Shown: positions 17,080 to 27,920 of the stretch, piece after piece
Layout of the letters: every line of letters starts with the position of its first letter
Position numbering within the stretch: the stretch's first letter is position 1
Assembly (NCBI GenBank): GCA_964456985.1
Contig: CAYWDH010000001.1
Coordinates: forward strand, 84,714 to 148,713
DNA from: an uncultured Eubacteriales bacterium
Lineage (GTDB): Bacteria > Acidobacteriota > Aminicenantia > Aminicenantales > Aminicenantaceae
Direction of reading: 5' to 3'
DNA: 64,000 nucleotides
Program-made: the position numbers and the translations under genes
Notes under the pieces: generated by a model
Seen by the model: only the letters and a program-made list of their open reading frames with translations
Database searches by the model: none
What the model was told of the DNA's origin: nothing

Positions 17080-19632
17080 TCACATATCCGTTAAACCACT
17101 AGCTCCGTAGAACAGGGAATTAAAAAAGTATTTAAAAGACCCGTGAGACTGAGCTCTGTACTGAGCGGGAAATCCAATCAAAATAACCCTTCCTTTGCCG
17201 AACGGAACATCTACCAGAGCGCTCCGGCCGGTCAGATGCTCCTCTCCGCTGACCCAGCCGCTTAAAAGAGCCTCCGGAGCATACTTCACAACACTCCTCC
17301 CCTCAAATACTTTAAACACAGGGCTTCTTCTGAAAAAAACAACAGCATCTCGTCCATAACCATAAGTTATAGGATGGTCAGAATCATTGACAACAGCCAG
17401 CAAAGAACCAGGAATGAAAAACTCATCACGCCTGAGGTCAGAAGTACAGTCCTCTACACCAAGGTGCAGGCGTTTGATCCCGAATTCGGAAGAAGAATTC
17501 AGAGTCACGAGCGTTCCCCCGCTTTGAATAAAATCTTCTATATTTTTTATACCGATCTCACCTATCCCCCCGGCATATTTAGGAGGAACCGCTTCCTCAG
17601 ACATCCCCTGGACAATGGCCCTGTCTCTGAGATCAGGAAAAATAATGACATCAAAATCTTCTGCGAGATTTCCCGCTCTGATATCCTTATCAAAAAGACT
17701 TTCATATTGAAATTCAAACTGCTCCAGAACAAACCGGGTCCACCCCTCATCCATAGAAGCTGTCCAGCTTTTATAAAGACCGATTCTCGGCTTCCGGAAG
17801 GAATAGACTTTAATCCCAGGATCCTCTTCTATGCCTCTGAAACGGACAATCAGATTTTTTGAAACCGCTTTAATGTCATCCTCTGTACAGTCAGAACATC
17901 TCACAAGCATGGTTCCCATGGGATAAAGCTTCCCTCCTGAAGAAAATTCCTCAGCAGCCCAAAAGATCTCATATCCTTTATCCAAAAGCCTGTTGGCTGC
18001 TACGATATCATCATTCGATTCATGTCCCCATGTGTAAAAGAGCGCGCCCTTCTTAAGTTCTATTACCGGAGCAGGCTTTGTTATCTCTTTTACCAGTGCT
18101 GTCTCTGCTTCAAACGGCTCATCCGCTTTCACTGCTTTGACGCCCATAAGAAAAGGAAGAGTGTGTCCCACCACATCATAAGGTGTTTTGAGAGGACCGC
18201 CCTGGAACTCTCTTAGTTCCGGATAGACTTGGGGTTCGAGCAGGGTTTTCGCAAATCCTCCGAACGGCTGTGCCGTATACACGATAAAGGTTCCTTCAGG
18301 GTATTCGAATCCTCCGGCTGTGAAAGGTTTTTCAGCCCGGTTTATCTCCACTCCGCCTGTCATTAAGATATCAAGCATTTTCAATGTGGTGGAAAGATCA
18401 CGCTGTTTTTCCGGGATGATATAAGAATAAGGTGGCTCGGTCCGTTCCACGGCATTCTTGAAGATCCGATAATAGTTCTGCACCCAGTTTTCCCTGAGAC
18501 GGGCCGCATTTGTTAGAGCGGCTCTGACAGCAGAATAGTCATAATCAACAATATCCCTTAATGTCCATTTCCCGCCTTTCCAGGGAAGAGGCATGCTTAC
18601 GGATTCCTGTTTGACCTGAGGGCTCAGTCTTTCCCACGGAACATCGATGGGAGTTGCGATCTGAACACTGGCCGCCTCAGTGAGAATGCGTATCCCTCCG
18701 TGATAATGGTGATAGGCTCTTGCAGGAGTCCATGCATCAAATCCCATACTGTGCATGACCCCACCTTTTCCCTCTGATGTGAGTTCTGTAGCCATAAACG
18801 TCCCCATCATGGCTACCTCCTGTCTGAGTATGGGATCTATATTTGGTTCATAAGGATCCACAAACGGAGGGACAAACAATCTCGGACCTGTGCTCCCCAT
18901 CTGATGCATATCCACGATCACATGGGGATGCCATGCGTTATGGACTTTTATGGTTAATTTTGTTTCCTTCTGCGTAAACATAAACCAGTCACGGTTGTTA
19001 TCATGACCTACATATTTATTGTAAAGCCAGGGCAAGCGCCCTCCCTCATATTTTGTTCCGAGATACTTTTTATACCAGTCAACAACCATCTGAATCCCGT
19101 CAGGATTGTGCATGGGAGTCAAAATCAGTATGACATTATCCAAAATCTTTTTTGTCGCTTCATCTCTCTTTGTGGCCATATCATAAGCCAGCTCCATGGA
19201 CATCTGACAGGCTGCTATCTCAGTGGCATGAATAGAACAGTTCACCATGACCACTGCTTTTCCTTGAGAGATAAGTTTTTCCGCTTCCCCGGGTTTCAAC
19301 TTTCTTGGGTCCGCAAGTCTCTGCTGGATCTGACGGTACTTTTCAAGATGCTTGTGGTTGTTCTCCGAAGTGATCACAGCCACGATAAACGAATTCCCCA
19401 TTGTGGTCTTGCCCACTTCTTCCACCTGGACTAGGGGGCTTTGCTCTCCGAGAATCATGAAATATTCAACGATCTGATTCATATCCGCCAGTTTCCTGTC
19501 TGCCCCGACCTCGAAGCCCAGGAAATCCCGCGGGGACTGAATCTCAGCCGCAGCATTCTGAAACAAAAACAAAACAATAATCAAACCCAGAAAGGATTTT
19601 GTTTTTTTCAATGATTCCTCCTTTGATTTCAT
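17080..19632 (-). CDS. M14 family zinc carboxypeptidase with C-terminal glutamine-amidotransferase-like domain
   Basis: SIHATE (HxxE), NPDG, HDNNRDW, DMHQMG; MDEGWTRFVLEQF. Confidence 0.92.
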   Translation of the reverse strand: MKSKEESLKKTKSFLGLIIVLFLFQNAAAEIQSPRDFLGFEVGADRKLADMNQIVEYFMILGEQSPLVQVEEVGKTTMGNSFIVAVITSENNHKHLEKYRQIQQRLADPRKLKPGEAEKLISQGKAVVMVNCSIHATEIAACQMSMELAYDMATKRDEATKKILDNVILILTPMHNPDGIQMVVDWYKKYLGTKYEGGRLPWLYNKYVGHDNNRDWFMFTQKETKLTIKVHNAWHPHVIVDMHQMGSTGPRLFVPPFVDPYEPNIDPILRQEVAMMGTFMATELTSEGKGGVMHSMGFDAWTPARAYHHYHGGIRILTEAASVQIATPIDVPWERLSPQVKQESVSMPLPWKGGKWTLRDIVDYDYSAVRAALTNAARLRENWVQNYYRIFKNAVERTEPPYSYIIPEKQRDLSTTLKMLDILMTGGVEINRAEKPFTAGGFEYPEGTFIVYTAQPFGGFAKTLLEPQVYPELREFQGGPLKTPYDVVGHTLPFLMGVKAVKADEPFEAETALVKEITKPAPVIELKKGALFYTWGHESNDDIVAANRLLDKGYEIFWAAEEFSSGGKLYPMGTMLVRCSDCTEDDIKAVSKNLIVRFRGIEEDPGIKVYSFRKPRIGLYKSWTASMDEGWTRFVLEQFEFQYESLFDKDIRAGNLAEDFDVIIFPDLRDRAIVQGMSEEAVPPKYAGGIGEIGIKNIEDFIQSGGTLVTLNSSSEFGIKRLHLGVEDCTSDLRRDEFFIPGSLLAVVNDSDHPITYGYGRDAVVFFRRSPVFKVFEGRSVVKYAPEALLSGWVSGEEHLTGRSALVDVPFGKGRVILIGFPAQYRAQSHGSFKYFFNSLFYGASGLTDM

Positions 19633-19655
19633 TTATATATTTTTTGGTGTACTGT

Positions 19656-22442
19656 TCACTTTCCTCTGTACGGAACGCCTCTGGTTATCCACGCGGGCCC
19701 TTCCGCCCCTTTGAGATAGTGGTCAAAATATTCTTTTATCTTTTTAAACCAGTCCAGCTTGTTGGGATACTTTTGAGGATGATGGGGCTCCCCCCGGTAC
19801 TGAAGAAACACACAGTCTTTTTCAAGCCTCCTCATAGCAAGATAAAGTTCAATGCCCTGATACCAGGGAACAGCCGTGTCTTGGTCACCGAAGATAATGA
19901 GAAGAGGCGTGTTGATTCGATCGGCAAAAAACAGAGGGGAATTCTCAATATACAGATCCCGTCTCTCCCAAAGGCTGGCGCCTATGCGGCTCTGCGTTTT
20001 TTCATACTGAAAAAGGCGAGCCATACCCGAACCCCAGCGGATGCCTCCGTAAGAGGATGTCATATTAGAGACCGGAGCTCCGGCAACAGCACACTTAAAA
20101 ATATCGGTCTGTGTGATCACAAAGGCTGTCTGGTATCCACTCCATGAATGACCGTGAAGGCCCACAGCATCCGAATCAGCAACGCCCATGTCTATTATTT
20201 TATGGATCCCTGGTACAAGACACTTTGTGGCTGAGAATCCGGGAGTTCCGATTTCAAACCTGATATCAGGCAGAAACAGGGCGTACCCATTACTGGCATA
20301 ATAAGGAAAGCACGGCCTGTGATTAATGACAACTTGATTGAATTCGTAAAGCCTTTGAGAAAAAAACCGGTAAAAATAGACAATGACCGGATATCTCTTT
20401 CCCGGCTCATAATTTCCCGGTTTGATAAGGACTCCCTGAAGAGGGATCCCGTCGTCACTTTCCCATTCCACCAATTCCGCACTTCCCCAAGCAAAATCCT
20501 TTATTTGCGGATTCACATCGGATATCTTTTCCGGAGAACTCAGGCTGAGTCCGCTGACCCAGAGGTCGGGAAATTCAGTGTAGCTCTCCCTTGTAAAGAG
20601 AAGGGTATCCGTATCCTTGGCCTTAGCTATAAAATTAAACTTTTTCTTTTCCTCAAGAAGCCTTTCAACACCTGTTTTATTAAGCTGCGCTCTGTAAAAA
20701 CCCCAATTTTTATTATGATTGTGATAAGAGGAAAGAAGGAGGGGTTCGCTCCGGCTAAAAAACTCCTTTTCAGGATCAAGCCGGATGATGCGGAAAGTTA
20801 TGTCGTTTTGACGACCAGAACCTCCTGTTACATTTTCAGGCAGCCCCTCAACAACGGGAAATTTCCAGATATCATATTTATCATAGATCAGTACAGCTTC
20901 ATCTTCCTCCAGCCAGCCTGCCACTCCATATCCGGGCACCTCACTCGGATAGTCATGGTCTTCATTGTAAAAAGGGATCCCGATATTCCCGGTTAGGTTC
21001 CGGCTTTCCCTGGTAGACGTATCGAAAATATGCCAGTTCCCATCTTTATAATAGACTACATAGCGGCCTTCCGGAGAAAGGGAAGCCCTGTCTTCAAAAC
21101 GGGATACAATGAGCGTGCGGCTACCATCTTTGATATTAACGAGATAGAGGTCATTCAACTGTCCGTACCATGTGATCATTTTCCTGTATGGAGCGTCCAG
21201 GAATCCCAGAGCATAATTCCCATTCTCATTTGTGAGGACCCTGGGCATATCCCTGTCAGCAAGCTGTATATATTCGCCTTTATCCATATAATAAACAGCA
21301 AGGTAAGTCTGCTCCTTTATCCGGGGCCACATGTTCTTCTGATGCGTATTGATCAAAGGGTCATCCCAGTGCCATACATCTACCTCTCTCTTTTTGAGAA
21401 TGGCGCTCACGTCATAAAGGTCTTCCTCTTTTGATTCTTCTTTATCTTTCTCCTTGCTGATACTGCTGGCTTCGGCTATCTCTTTCGGAAGAAATCCGAA
21501 ATAAAGACGGAGGCCGTCCTTGCTCCAGGACAGGTCGTTTTTTTCAGGCAAAATCCATCCCTTAGGAACCTCATCCGAAGAAAGGGCCGGTTCTAAGCTT
21601 TTTTCAATCCCATCCCATATATAAAGATACGCTTCACCTGTTTTTTCTTCTGAATCCTCCGAAGCTGAAAACGCAAGTCGGCTTCCCTTCTCAGTCCAGG
21701 TGAGCGCGGAAAATTTCATTCCATCTTCCTTGATAATATCCTCGTGACCTTCCGGGTCAGAAGTAAGGTCAATAACGCTCAGACTGTTGTTTTTTGCTTC
21801 CGGCCCTGCAGTCGTGTAGGACAGAAACCGGGAAGACTTATCAAAACAGTAATCAGACACATAAGGAATGTAAATCTCTTTTTTTGAGCTGAGGTTCATG
21901 AGGACCAAATCAGTTCCCGTATCCTTGCTTTCCTCCTTTTTTTCCTCTTTGCTTTCCTTTTTTTCTTGCTCTTCCTTTTTATAGAGATGATAAGCGACCC
22001 AGGATGAATCTTCTGAAAACGCAAAGGATTTGACGTTCTCAACCTTTGAAACACTTCCGGTTCCCAGTTCCAAAAGAGCCATTCCGTTTTTCGGTTTTTC
22101 TTTTCCGTTCACAAGAGTCTTTAAAGCCTCTGGTTTTAAAATCACTCCCACCCAGGACGAATCTTCGGTAAAAACAGGCTTTATGCCTCTGTCTAGGATA
22201 TAGGCCTTTCCATTCTTTAAATCCTTTATCACAGTTTCTCCGTCGCCTCTGTCCGGTTCCGCCGAATAGGCTGCCCAGAGACCGTTGTTTGAAAGAACCG
22301 CACCATGGATCTCCCTGAACTTCATGATGTCCTGGAGCGTCATAGCTTTTTTTATCTCTGAAGAACCCAGCGGATGAGTTCCAATTAAAGTCATGATCAG
22401 AAAAAGGCCCAGAAAAATTGGATGTGATGTTTTTTGAGACAT
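19656..22442 (-). CDS. S9 prolyl oligopeptidase-family peptidase
   Basis: GHSWSGY nucleophile, GDQDTAVP, EPHH; N-terminal propeller. Confidence 0.93.
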   Translation of the reverse strand: MSQKTSHPIFLGLFLIMTLIGTHPLGSSEIKKAMTLQDIMKFREIHGAVLSNNGLWAAYSAEPDRGDGETVIKDLKNGKAYILDRGIKPVFTEDSSWVGVILKPEALKTLVNGKEKPKNGMALLELGTGSVSKVENVKSFAFSEDSSWVAYHLYKKEEQEKKESKEEKKEESKDTGTDLVLMNLSSKKEIYIPYVSDYCFDKSSRFLSYTTAGPEAKNNSLSVIDLTSDPEGHEDIIKEDGMKFSALTWTEKGSRLAFSASEDSEEKTGEAYLYIWDGIEKSLEPALSSDEVPKGWILPEKNDLSWSKDGLRLYFGFLPKEIAEASSISKEKDKEESKEEDLYDVSAILKKREVDVWHWDDPLINTHQKNMWPRIKEQTYLAVYYMDKGEYIQLADRDMPRVLTNENGNYALGFLDAPYRKMITWYGQLNDLYLVNIKDGSRTLIVSRFEDRASLSPEGRYVVYYKDGNWHIFDTSTRESRNLTGNIGIPFYNEDHDYPSEVPGYGVAGWLEEDEAVLIYDKYDIWKFPVVEGLPENVTGGSGRQNDITFRIIRLDPEKEFFSRSEPLLLSSYHNHNKNWGFYRAQLNKTGVERLLEEKKKFNFIAKAKDTDTLLFTRESYTEFPDLWVSGLSLSSPEKISDVNPQIKDFAWGSAELVEWESDDGIPLQGVLIKPGNYEPGKRYPVIVYFYRFFSQRLYEFNQVVINHRPCFPYYASNGYALFLPDIRFEIGTPGFSATKCLVPGIHKIIDMGVADSDAVGLHGHSWSGYQTAFVITQTDIFKCAVAGAPVSNMTSSYGGIRWGSGMARLFQYEKTQSRIGASLWERRDLYIENSPLFFADRINTPLLIIFGDQDTAVPWYQGIELYLAMRRLEKDCVFLQYRGEPHHPQKYPNKLDWFKKIKEYFDHYLKGAEGPAWITRGVPYRGK

Positions 22443-22483
22443 GTCAAAATCCTCCTAATTTTTATGATTGGCTATATCTTCTA

Positions 22484-23407
22484 TCAATCCTCCTCCTTTT
22501 CGAACTGAGTGGGGTCCCATCCGAAATCAACATATTCCCAATCGATAGTTTCTCCTTTAATCTGGACAAGAACAAAGCCTTCCTCCATCCCGTCAAGAGG
22601 TCCTTCCCACCAGTTCGCGCTGACAGCCCCTGCCGTAATAAAGCGTATCCCTCCAATTGTAACATCCTCAAGTACATGGAGGTGACCTTGAAGCACAAGT
22701 CTCAGATTATGGTCTTTGAAAAGCTCGAGAATTTCATGCGCATCATTGACAACCAGACTGTTTATTTCATCCCCGACCGGATTGCCGCTGAACAGGGGAT
22801 ATGCAGTGACCAAAGGAATATGAGTGCTTATGATAATCGGAGTTTCATGAGTGACTGATTCGAGGTCCTGTGAGATCCACTCCCTCTGGTCTTTACCAAT
22901 CAAACCCACATAAGAAGAATCCGGAGGCAGGCCGATTGAATCCAGAACCATGAAATGCCAGCCCTTATGGTCAAAAGAATAATAACATTCCCCAATGCGT
23001 TTTTGATACATTTTCTTTCCGAATTCAGGGTGTGACGGATCCACGCCGCTTCCCTTACTGACACCGAAATGCTCATGATTTCCTATGGTGTTGTAAACCG
23101 GCATTTCAAAATTTTCGGAAACACTCTTATACATATCATAGAGCATACAAGCCCTCTCATACGGCTGCGCCATAGCATCCATTATGAGATCGCCTCCAGT
23201 CAATACAAAATCAGGCTTCAATTCATTGACAGCATTGACGGCCTGCATGAATCCCTCTTCAGCATGCAGTTCCGGCTGCACATGAATATCGGCTAGATAG
23301 GCGAAAGTAAAACGAACTTCCTTGCTCTTACAGGAAGTAAAAATAAAAAGACCTAAAACGAACAAACTGAAAAATATGATTTTTTTAATCTGCTTTGAGC
23401 CTCTCAT
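22484..23407 (-). CDS. Calcineurin-like metallophosphoesterase lipoprotein
   Basis: ADIH, GGDL, GNHE, THIP, GHLH motifs; lipobox FTSC. Confidence 0.9.
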   Translation of the reverse strand: MRGSKQIKKIIFFSLFVLGLFIFTSCKSKEVRFTFAYLADIHVQPELHAEEGFMQAVNAVNELKPDFVLTGGDLIMDAMAQPYERACMLYDMYKSVSENFEMPVYNTIGNHEHFGVSKGSGVDPSHPEFGKKMYQKRIGECYYSFDHKGWHFMVLDSIGLPPDSSYVGLIGKDQREWISQDLESVTHETPIIISTHIPLVTAYPLFSGNPVGDEINSLVVNDAHEILELFKDHNLRLVLQGHLHVLEDVTIGGIRFITAGAVSANWWEGPLDGMEEGFVLVQIKGETIDWEYVDFGWDPTQFEKEED

Positions 23408-23460
23408 GAAGCCTCCTTTATGATTCGTTAACACTACCGGCCTATCAAATAAAAATCCGC

Positions 23461-24600
23461 TCAGTCTGAAAATGCTGTATTCAGCATCTGAAGATAGTCT
23501 TTGACTTCTGCTCTACGCGGATTCGACGGATTAGAATTATTTTGATAGGACTTTTCCGCTATGAGCGTAAACTGACTTTTTTCTATTCCAATGTCCTTAA
23601 ACCGCGGAATATTCAATCTCGAGGACAGATCCCTTACCTCTTTTATCAACTTTTCCGCAGCCCTTTTCCGGCTCTTGTCATCAATCCCCACAAAACCGGC
23701 TATCTCAGCATAGGAACTCTCTGCTTCCGGAAGGTTAAACTCCATCACATAGGGAAGAAATATGGAATTAGCGACCCCGTGGGGGGTGTCATACAGAGCT
23801 CCCACTGCTTCAGCGATACAGTGAACCGCTCCCACATCACTGTTCCCGAAGGCCACTCCTGCCAGCATACTTCCCTTCATTAAATTTTCTCTGGCCTCCT
23901 TATCCCCTTCTATGTCATTATACGCTCTTTCCAGGTGATGAAAGATCAGCCTGACCGCCTCTTTGGCAAAAAGGTCAGTGAGAAAAGTGGAAGGCTTTAC
24001 AGAGAAGGCTTCAATGGCATGGACCAGAGCGTCCATCCCAGTGGAAGCAATGAGATTTTGTGGAAGAGTAGCAAGCAGATCCGGGTCAACCAATGCCACG
24101 GATGGAAAGGTATGAGGCCCTTTAATGGTCATCTTGAAGTTTCTTTCCGTGTGGGTTATTACAGAGCTCCATGTGACTTCACTTCCAGTCCCGCAGGTAG
24201 TGGGAATAGCCAAAACCGGAACCGGTGGAAACGTATACTTGTATTTTCCTTCATAGTCTTCAATAGAGCCTTTATTCGTCACGAGAAGAGCCACAGCTTT
24301 TGCCGCATCTAGTGCGCTCCCGCCTCCAAGACCAATGATGAGGTCAGGTCCTGTCTTTCTCGCAATGCTGCCCGCTCTGTTGACTGTCGTATACCGGGGA
24401 TTGGGTTCCACATCATCAAATACAGTTATGCTTTTAAACTGAGAAACAATGGCTCTGTCAATTCCGGCCTTTCTTATTCCTTTATCTGTGACCAGGAACA
24501 CACGGGATGCTTTTAGTTCCTCCTCGACAATCTTTCTGAGCTCCGTGACAGACCCGGCACCAAAAACAATCTTCGTGGGCAGATAAAAGCGAGCCATCAA
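23461..24600 (-). CDS. Iron-containing alcohol dehydrogenase
   Basis: GGGSALDAAK, PTTCGTGSE, MDALVHAIE, HCIAE, HGVAN. Confidence 0.93.
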   Translation of the reverse strand: MMARFYLPTKIVFGAGSVTELRKIVEEELKASRVFLVTDKGIRKAGIDRAIVSQFKSITVFDDVEPNPRYTTVNRAGSIARKTGPDLIIGLGGGSALDAAKAVALLVTNKGSIEDYEGKYKYTFPPVPVLAIPTTCGTGSEVTWSSVITHTERNFKMTIKGPHTFPSVALVDPDLLATLPQNLIASTGMDALVHAIEAFSVKPSTFLTDLFAKEAVRLIFHHLERAYNDIEGDKEARENLMKGSMLAGVAFGNSDVGAVHCIAEAVGALYDTPHGVANSIFLPYVMEFNLPEAESSYAEIAGFVGIDDKSRKRAAEKLIKEVRDLSSRLNIPRFKDIGIEKSQFTLIAEKSYQNNSNPSNPRRAEVKDYLQMLNTAFSD

Positions 24601-26114
24601 TCTCCAGCTTTCCTGAAATCCGCTTTATCCTGATTGGCAAGGTCTAAAACACCCATGAATATCATCTGGGCAAGGTCCTCCATGATCTCAGGAGTGATGA
24701 TATCTATATTGTCTTTGGTCACATGATAATAGGAGCGTGTTCCAAAGGCACTAAAAGACAGCGATGGCACGCCGGCCCATAAAAAGCGAGCCGCATCAAG
24801 CCTGGGGCGGCCAAGGTTCGCAAAATAACTGGGGAAAACCAGCCTGTGGGTGTATTTGTCGTTCGCCTTCTTAAAATAGCTCCACAGTTCAGGAAAGTTC
24901 TCCGCGCATAAGGCACTCAATTTATCCCCTGCCCCGACTCCGTCCATGTTTATCAAGCAAACTGTCTTTTCCAGAGGAAAGACTGGATTCTCCACATAAA
25001 ATTTAGATCCGACAACACCCTGCTCTTCAGCGCCAAAACAGATAAACAAGACAGAGCGCCTTGGTTGAACAGGACTTTTTGCCAGGGCTTCGGCAATCCC
25101 CAGGATCACAGACACGGCCGAGGCGTTGTCATTGGCACCAGGTATGATCTCATAACAGCGTCCCAGGTGGTCGAGGTGACCTCCGATAATAATGATTTCA
25201 TCCTCGAGCGCAGGATCAGTGCCTTTGATCATGCCCAGGACATTATAGGCAATACCGTCAGGATGATGCTCTGTTGTGTTTTTTATGGTAAAGACTTTCC
25301 CGGTATCAAAGGACTGGGGTTTCAATTCCTTGTTGATCCGGGCCACTACGTCTCCGTGTTTTTTCTCTGTGCCTGCAAAAACATCATTCACAACCATCTC
25401 TCCCACATGAGAGTAAATGAAGTTTTCATCATAAGCATTGTTCGGATTTGTTATGTGGTAGTTGTACAGCATGCCTCTTGCGCCGTGAGCCACAGCATTT
25501 TTTAACTTGTACTGGTGAAACGAATAAGGACGCCATTTATTAAAGACTTCAGCCCCAGCATTTGGAGAAACCGGAGCTTCCCTTTCCATAAGAACGATTT
25601 TCCCTTTGACATCCATGCCTTTGTATTCATCAAAATCCAGCTCAGGAGCGGTTATTCCGTATCCCACATAAACCACCTCAGCTGTGACTTCGCCGGAACC
25701 GGATGTAGAGCCCGGAATAAATTCCTCTTCATATGTGTAGTATTTTCTGACTGTTTCCCCGTCAACAGGAATATTCATAGAAACATAACAGTCCTTAAAC
25801 ACGAGTGTGTAGGGATTCAGAAAAGCCTGGAGATAAGTGTTGTCATCTCCGGCCGGGAGAAGCCCCCATTTTCTGAAATGGGAAATGACCCACTGAGCGC
25901 TTTGATTATAACCGTCGGTTCCCGTGAGCCGGCCCCAGTACTTATCAGACGCCAGCTCTTTCACATAATTGAAAAGCGTCTGGCTGTGAATGGAATGCAT
26001 TACCTGAAGCAGTTTCTGCTCCTGGCTCAGCTCCATCCTTTGCCGCTGGGCCGATAGAAAAGATACAGATAACATAAACACACACAAAAAGGACACAACG
26101 ATCTTTTTGTTCAT
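24597..26114 (-). CDS. M28 family metallopeptidase with PA domain
   Basis: GGHLDHLG, GANDNASAV, GAEEQG, NMD, YYH. Confidence 0.92.
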   Translation of the reverse strand: MNKKIVVSFLCVFMLSVSFLSAQRQRMELSQEQKLLQVMHSIHSQTLFNYVKELASDKYWGRLTGTDGYNQSAQWVISHFRKWGLLPAGDDNTYLQAFLNPYTLVFKDCYVSMNIPVDGETVRKYYTYEEEFIPGSTSGSGEVTAEVVYVGYGITAPELDFDEYKGMDVKGKIVLMEREAPVSPNAGAEVFNKWRPYSFHQYKLKNAVAHGARGMLYNYHITNPNNAYDENFIYSHVGEMVVNDVFAGTEKKHGDVVARINKELKPQSFDTGKVFTIKNTTEHHPDGIAYNVLGMIKGTDPALEDEIIIIGGHLDHLGRCYEIIPGANDNASAVSVILGIAEALAKSPVQPRRSVLFICFGAEEQGVVGSKFYVENPVFPLEKTVCLINMDGVGAGDKLSALCAENFPELWSYFKKANDKYTHRLVFPSYFANLGRPRLDAARFLWAGVPSLSFSAFGTRSYYHVTKDNIDIITPEIMEDLAQMIFMGVLDLANQDKADFRKAGD

Positions 26115-26143
26115 GAATGCCTCCTAAATTTATTTAATTTTTT

Positions 26144-26965
26144 TTATATCCTTATGGCCAGTCCTCCTCTCAGCATAATTCCATCCCAGATCCCTACATC
26201 AAAAAGCAGATAGACATTCCTCGTTATTTCTCCTTTAAGCCCCAGATTCAACTGGATAAAAGGGAAAAATCCGGGCAGAGTGAACTCCTCATCATCATCT
26301 TCTATTTCATCAATGATTTCCCCTAGAGTTTTGGTCTCGCTTTCAGAATAGGACTCTCCTATCTGGTTCTGGATATCGAGTTCACCAGAATAGGAATAGC
26401 TGAGTTCAGCGTTTTCCAAGGCCGTTCCTGTGGCCGCACCAAAGCCAAACGTAAAATACGGACGAATCCTGGAAGAAGGAAACAAATCCCAGCGGAAGCT
26501 CAGATGAAAGGAAAGCGGTTTGATCAAAAATTCCGCACTCCCGCCAGCCTCAAAAAAAGCATCCGGATATAGGTCCATTTGAGCAGAGACTTCTGTCAGT
26601 GCCACTCTCATGGTCGTTTTCTCCACGGAAAGGCCTAAACTGAAAGAACCGTCATGCCCCCCGGGATACCAACGCAATTCAAATCCAAAATTATTTCCGC
26701 TCGAATCAAAAGAAACATCCTGGGCATAACTTCCCTCTTCTAAATAAGGATAGTCATCCTGGATATCCGAAAGAAAATCATCCTTTAACGCCGACTCCAG
26801 ACCGTCTTCAAGCACTCCTTCAATAAGCCCGCGAAGCACATTCATGCTCCAACTTGAATAATGAAAACCGAATTCTATTTTTCCCTGGGCAGAAACCGAT
26901 GACACCAATAAAAATACAAAGGAAAAAATAAAAATGACTTTCAATGATCCTTTTACTCGCTTCAT
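26144..26965 (-). CDS. Hypothetical outer-membrane beta-barrel protein
   Basis: Signal peptide; RPYFTFGFG; C-terminal LRGGLAIRI; GGAGG SD. Confidence 0.7.
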   Translation of the reverse strand: MKRVKGSLKVIFIFSFVFLLVSSVSAQGKIEFGFHYSSWSMNVLRGLIEGVLEDGLESALKDDFLSDIQDDYPYLEEGSYAQDVSFDSSGNNFGFELRWYPGGHDGSFSLGLSVEKTTMRVALTEVSAQMDLYPDAFFEAGGSAEFLIKPLSFHLSFRWDLFPSSRIRPYFTFGFGAATGTALENAELSYSYSGELDIQNQIGESYSESETKTLGEIIDEIEDDDEEFTLPGFFPFIQLNLGLKGEITRNVYLLFDVGIWDGIMLRGGLAIRI

Positions 26966-27120
26966 GAATCCCTCCATCCTTGTATCATCCAAGTAAGTAT
27001 ACATGATTATGATTAAAATTTTAATGTGAAATATATTGAAATTCAGGTTTTAAATAATATTGCTTATTCTGTGATATTCTGGTATTTTGATTATTTCAAT
27101 ATATGAAGAAGGAGGAGTCA

Positions 27121-27699
27121 ATGATAAAAAATATACTTACACTTTCATTTGCCCTTTTTTCACTTCTTTTTTTCAGCACTACACCTTACGCAGAGGAAAA
27201 TACAATCAATGTTATTATAAAGACGACCAAAGGAGACATGACTGTTGAGCTTTATAAAGACAAGGCCCCGGTGACGGTCGAAAATTTTCTCTCTTACGTG
27301 GACAGCCAGTTTTATGACGGTACGATCTTCCACCGCGTTATCAAAGACTTTATGATCCAGGGGGGAGGGCTTACTCCCGATTTTGTGGAGAAAGAAGCCA
27401 ATTCTCCTATAAAAAACGAAGCGGATAACGGTCTTAAAAACGACAAATACACCATTGCCATGGCCCGAACCATGGATCCTCACAGCGCTACTTGTCAGTT
27501 CTTCATCAATCATACGGATAATGACTTCCTGAACCACACCGCAAAAACAGAGGACGGCTGGGGATACTGTGTGTTCGGAAAAGTCATCGGAGGCACGGAT
27601 GTTGTGGAAGCCATTGCCAACACAAAGACAATGACCGCCCACGGAATGCGCGATGTTCCCAGCGAAACCATTGAAATCATCTCCATAAGGAGAAAATGA
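27121..27699 (+). CDS. ppiA: Periplasmic cyclophilin-type peptidyl-prolyl isomerase
   Basis: FHRVIKDFMIQGGG, AMART..PHSAT.QFFIN, GYCVFGKV; signal peptide. Confidence 0.93.
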   Translation: MIKNILTLSFALFSLLFFSTTPYAEENTINVIIKTTKGDMTVELYKDKAPVTVENFLSYVDSQFYDGTIFHRVIKDFMIQGGGLTPDFVEKEANSPIKNEADNGLKNDKYTIAMARTMDPHSATCQFFINHTDNDFLNHTAKTEDGWGYCVFGKVIGGTDVVEAIANTKTMTAHGMRDVPSETIEIISIRRK

Positions 27700-27920
27700 A
27701 CAAAGATATTATTGATTGGGTCTTTTCTTTTTTCCATTTAATTCTTCTCATAGGAGTTCTTATATATGCTGTAGTATCCCTGTTTATGGGGAACATAGTG
27801 AGATTCGGAGTCATCATGGCCTGCCTTGTGGCCTATTACTTCCTGGTTCTTCATAAAAATGTTATGAAAGAAATCAGGAGAAAAAGAAAAAAAGGAGGAA
27901 CAGGTGAAAACAAGAAATAA
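27696..27920 (+). CDS. Small 2-TM membrane protein
   Basis: Overlaps both neighbours; two hydrophobic helices; basic tail. Confidence 0.6.
   Translation: MNKDIIDWVFSFFHLILLIGVLIYAVVSLFMGNIVRFGVIMACLVAYYFLVLHKNVMKEIRRKRKKGGTGENKK

Noticed and set aside
17374-26057. Numerous 60-225 aa plus-strand ORFs
   Set aside because: Antisense to well-supported genes, with no recognisable motifs
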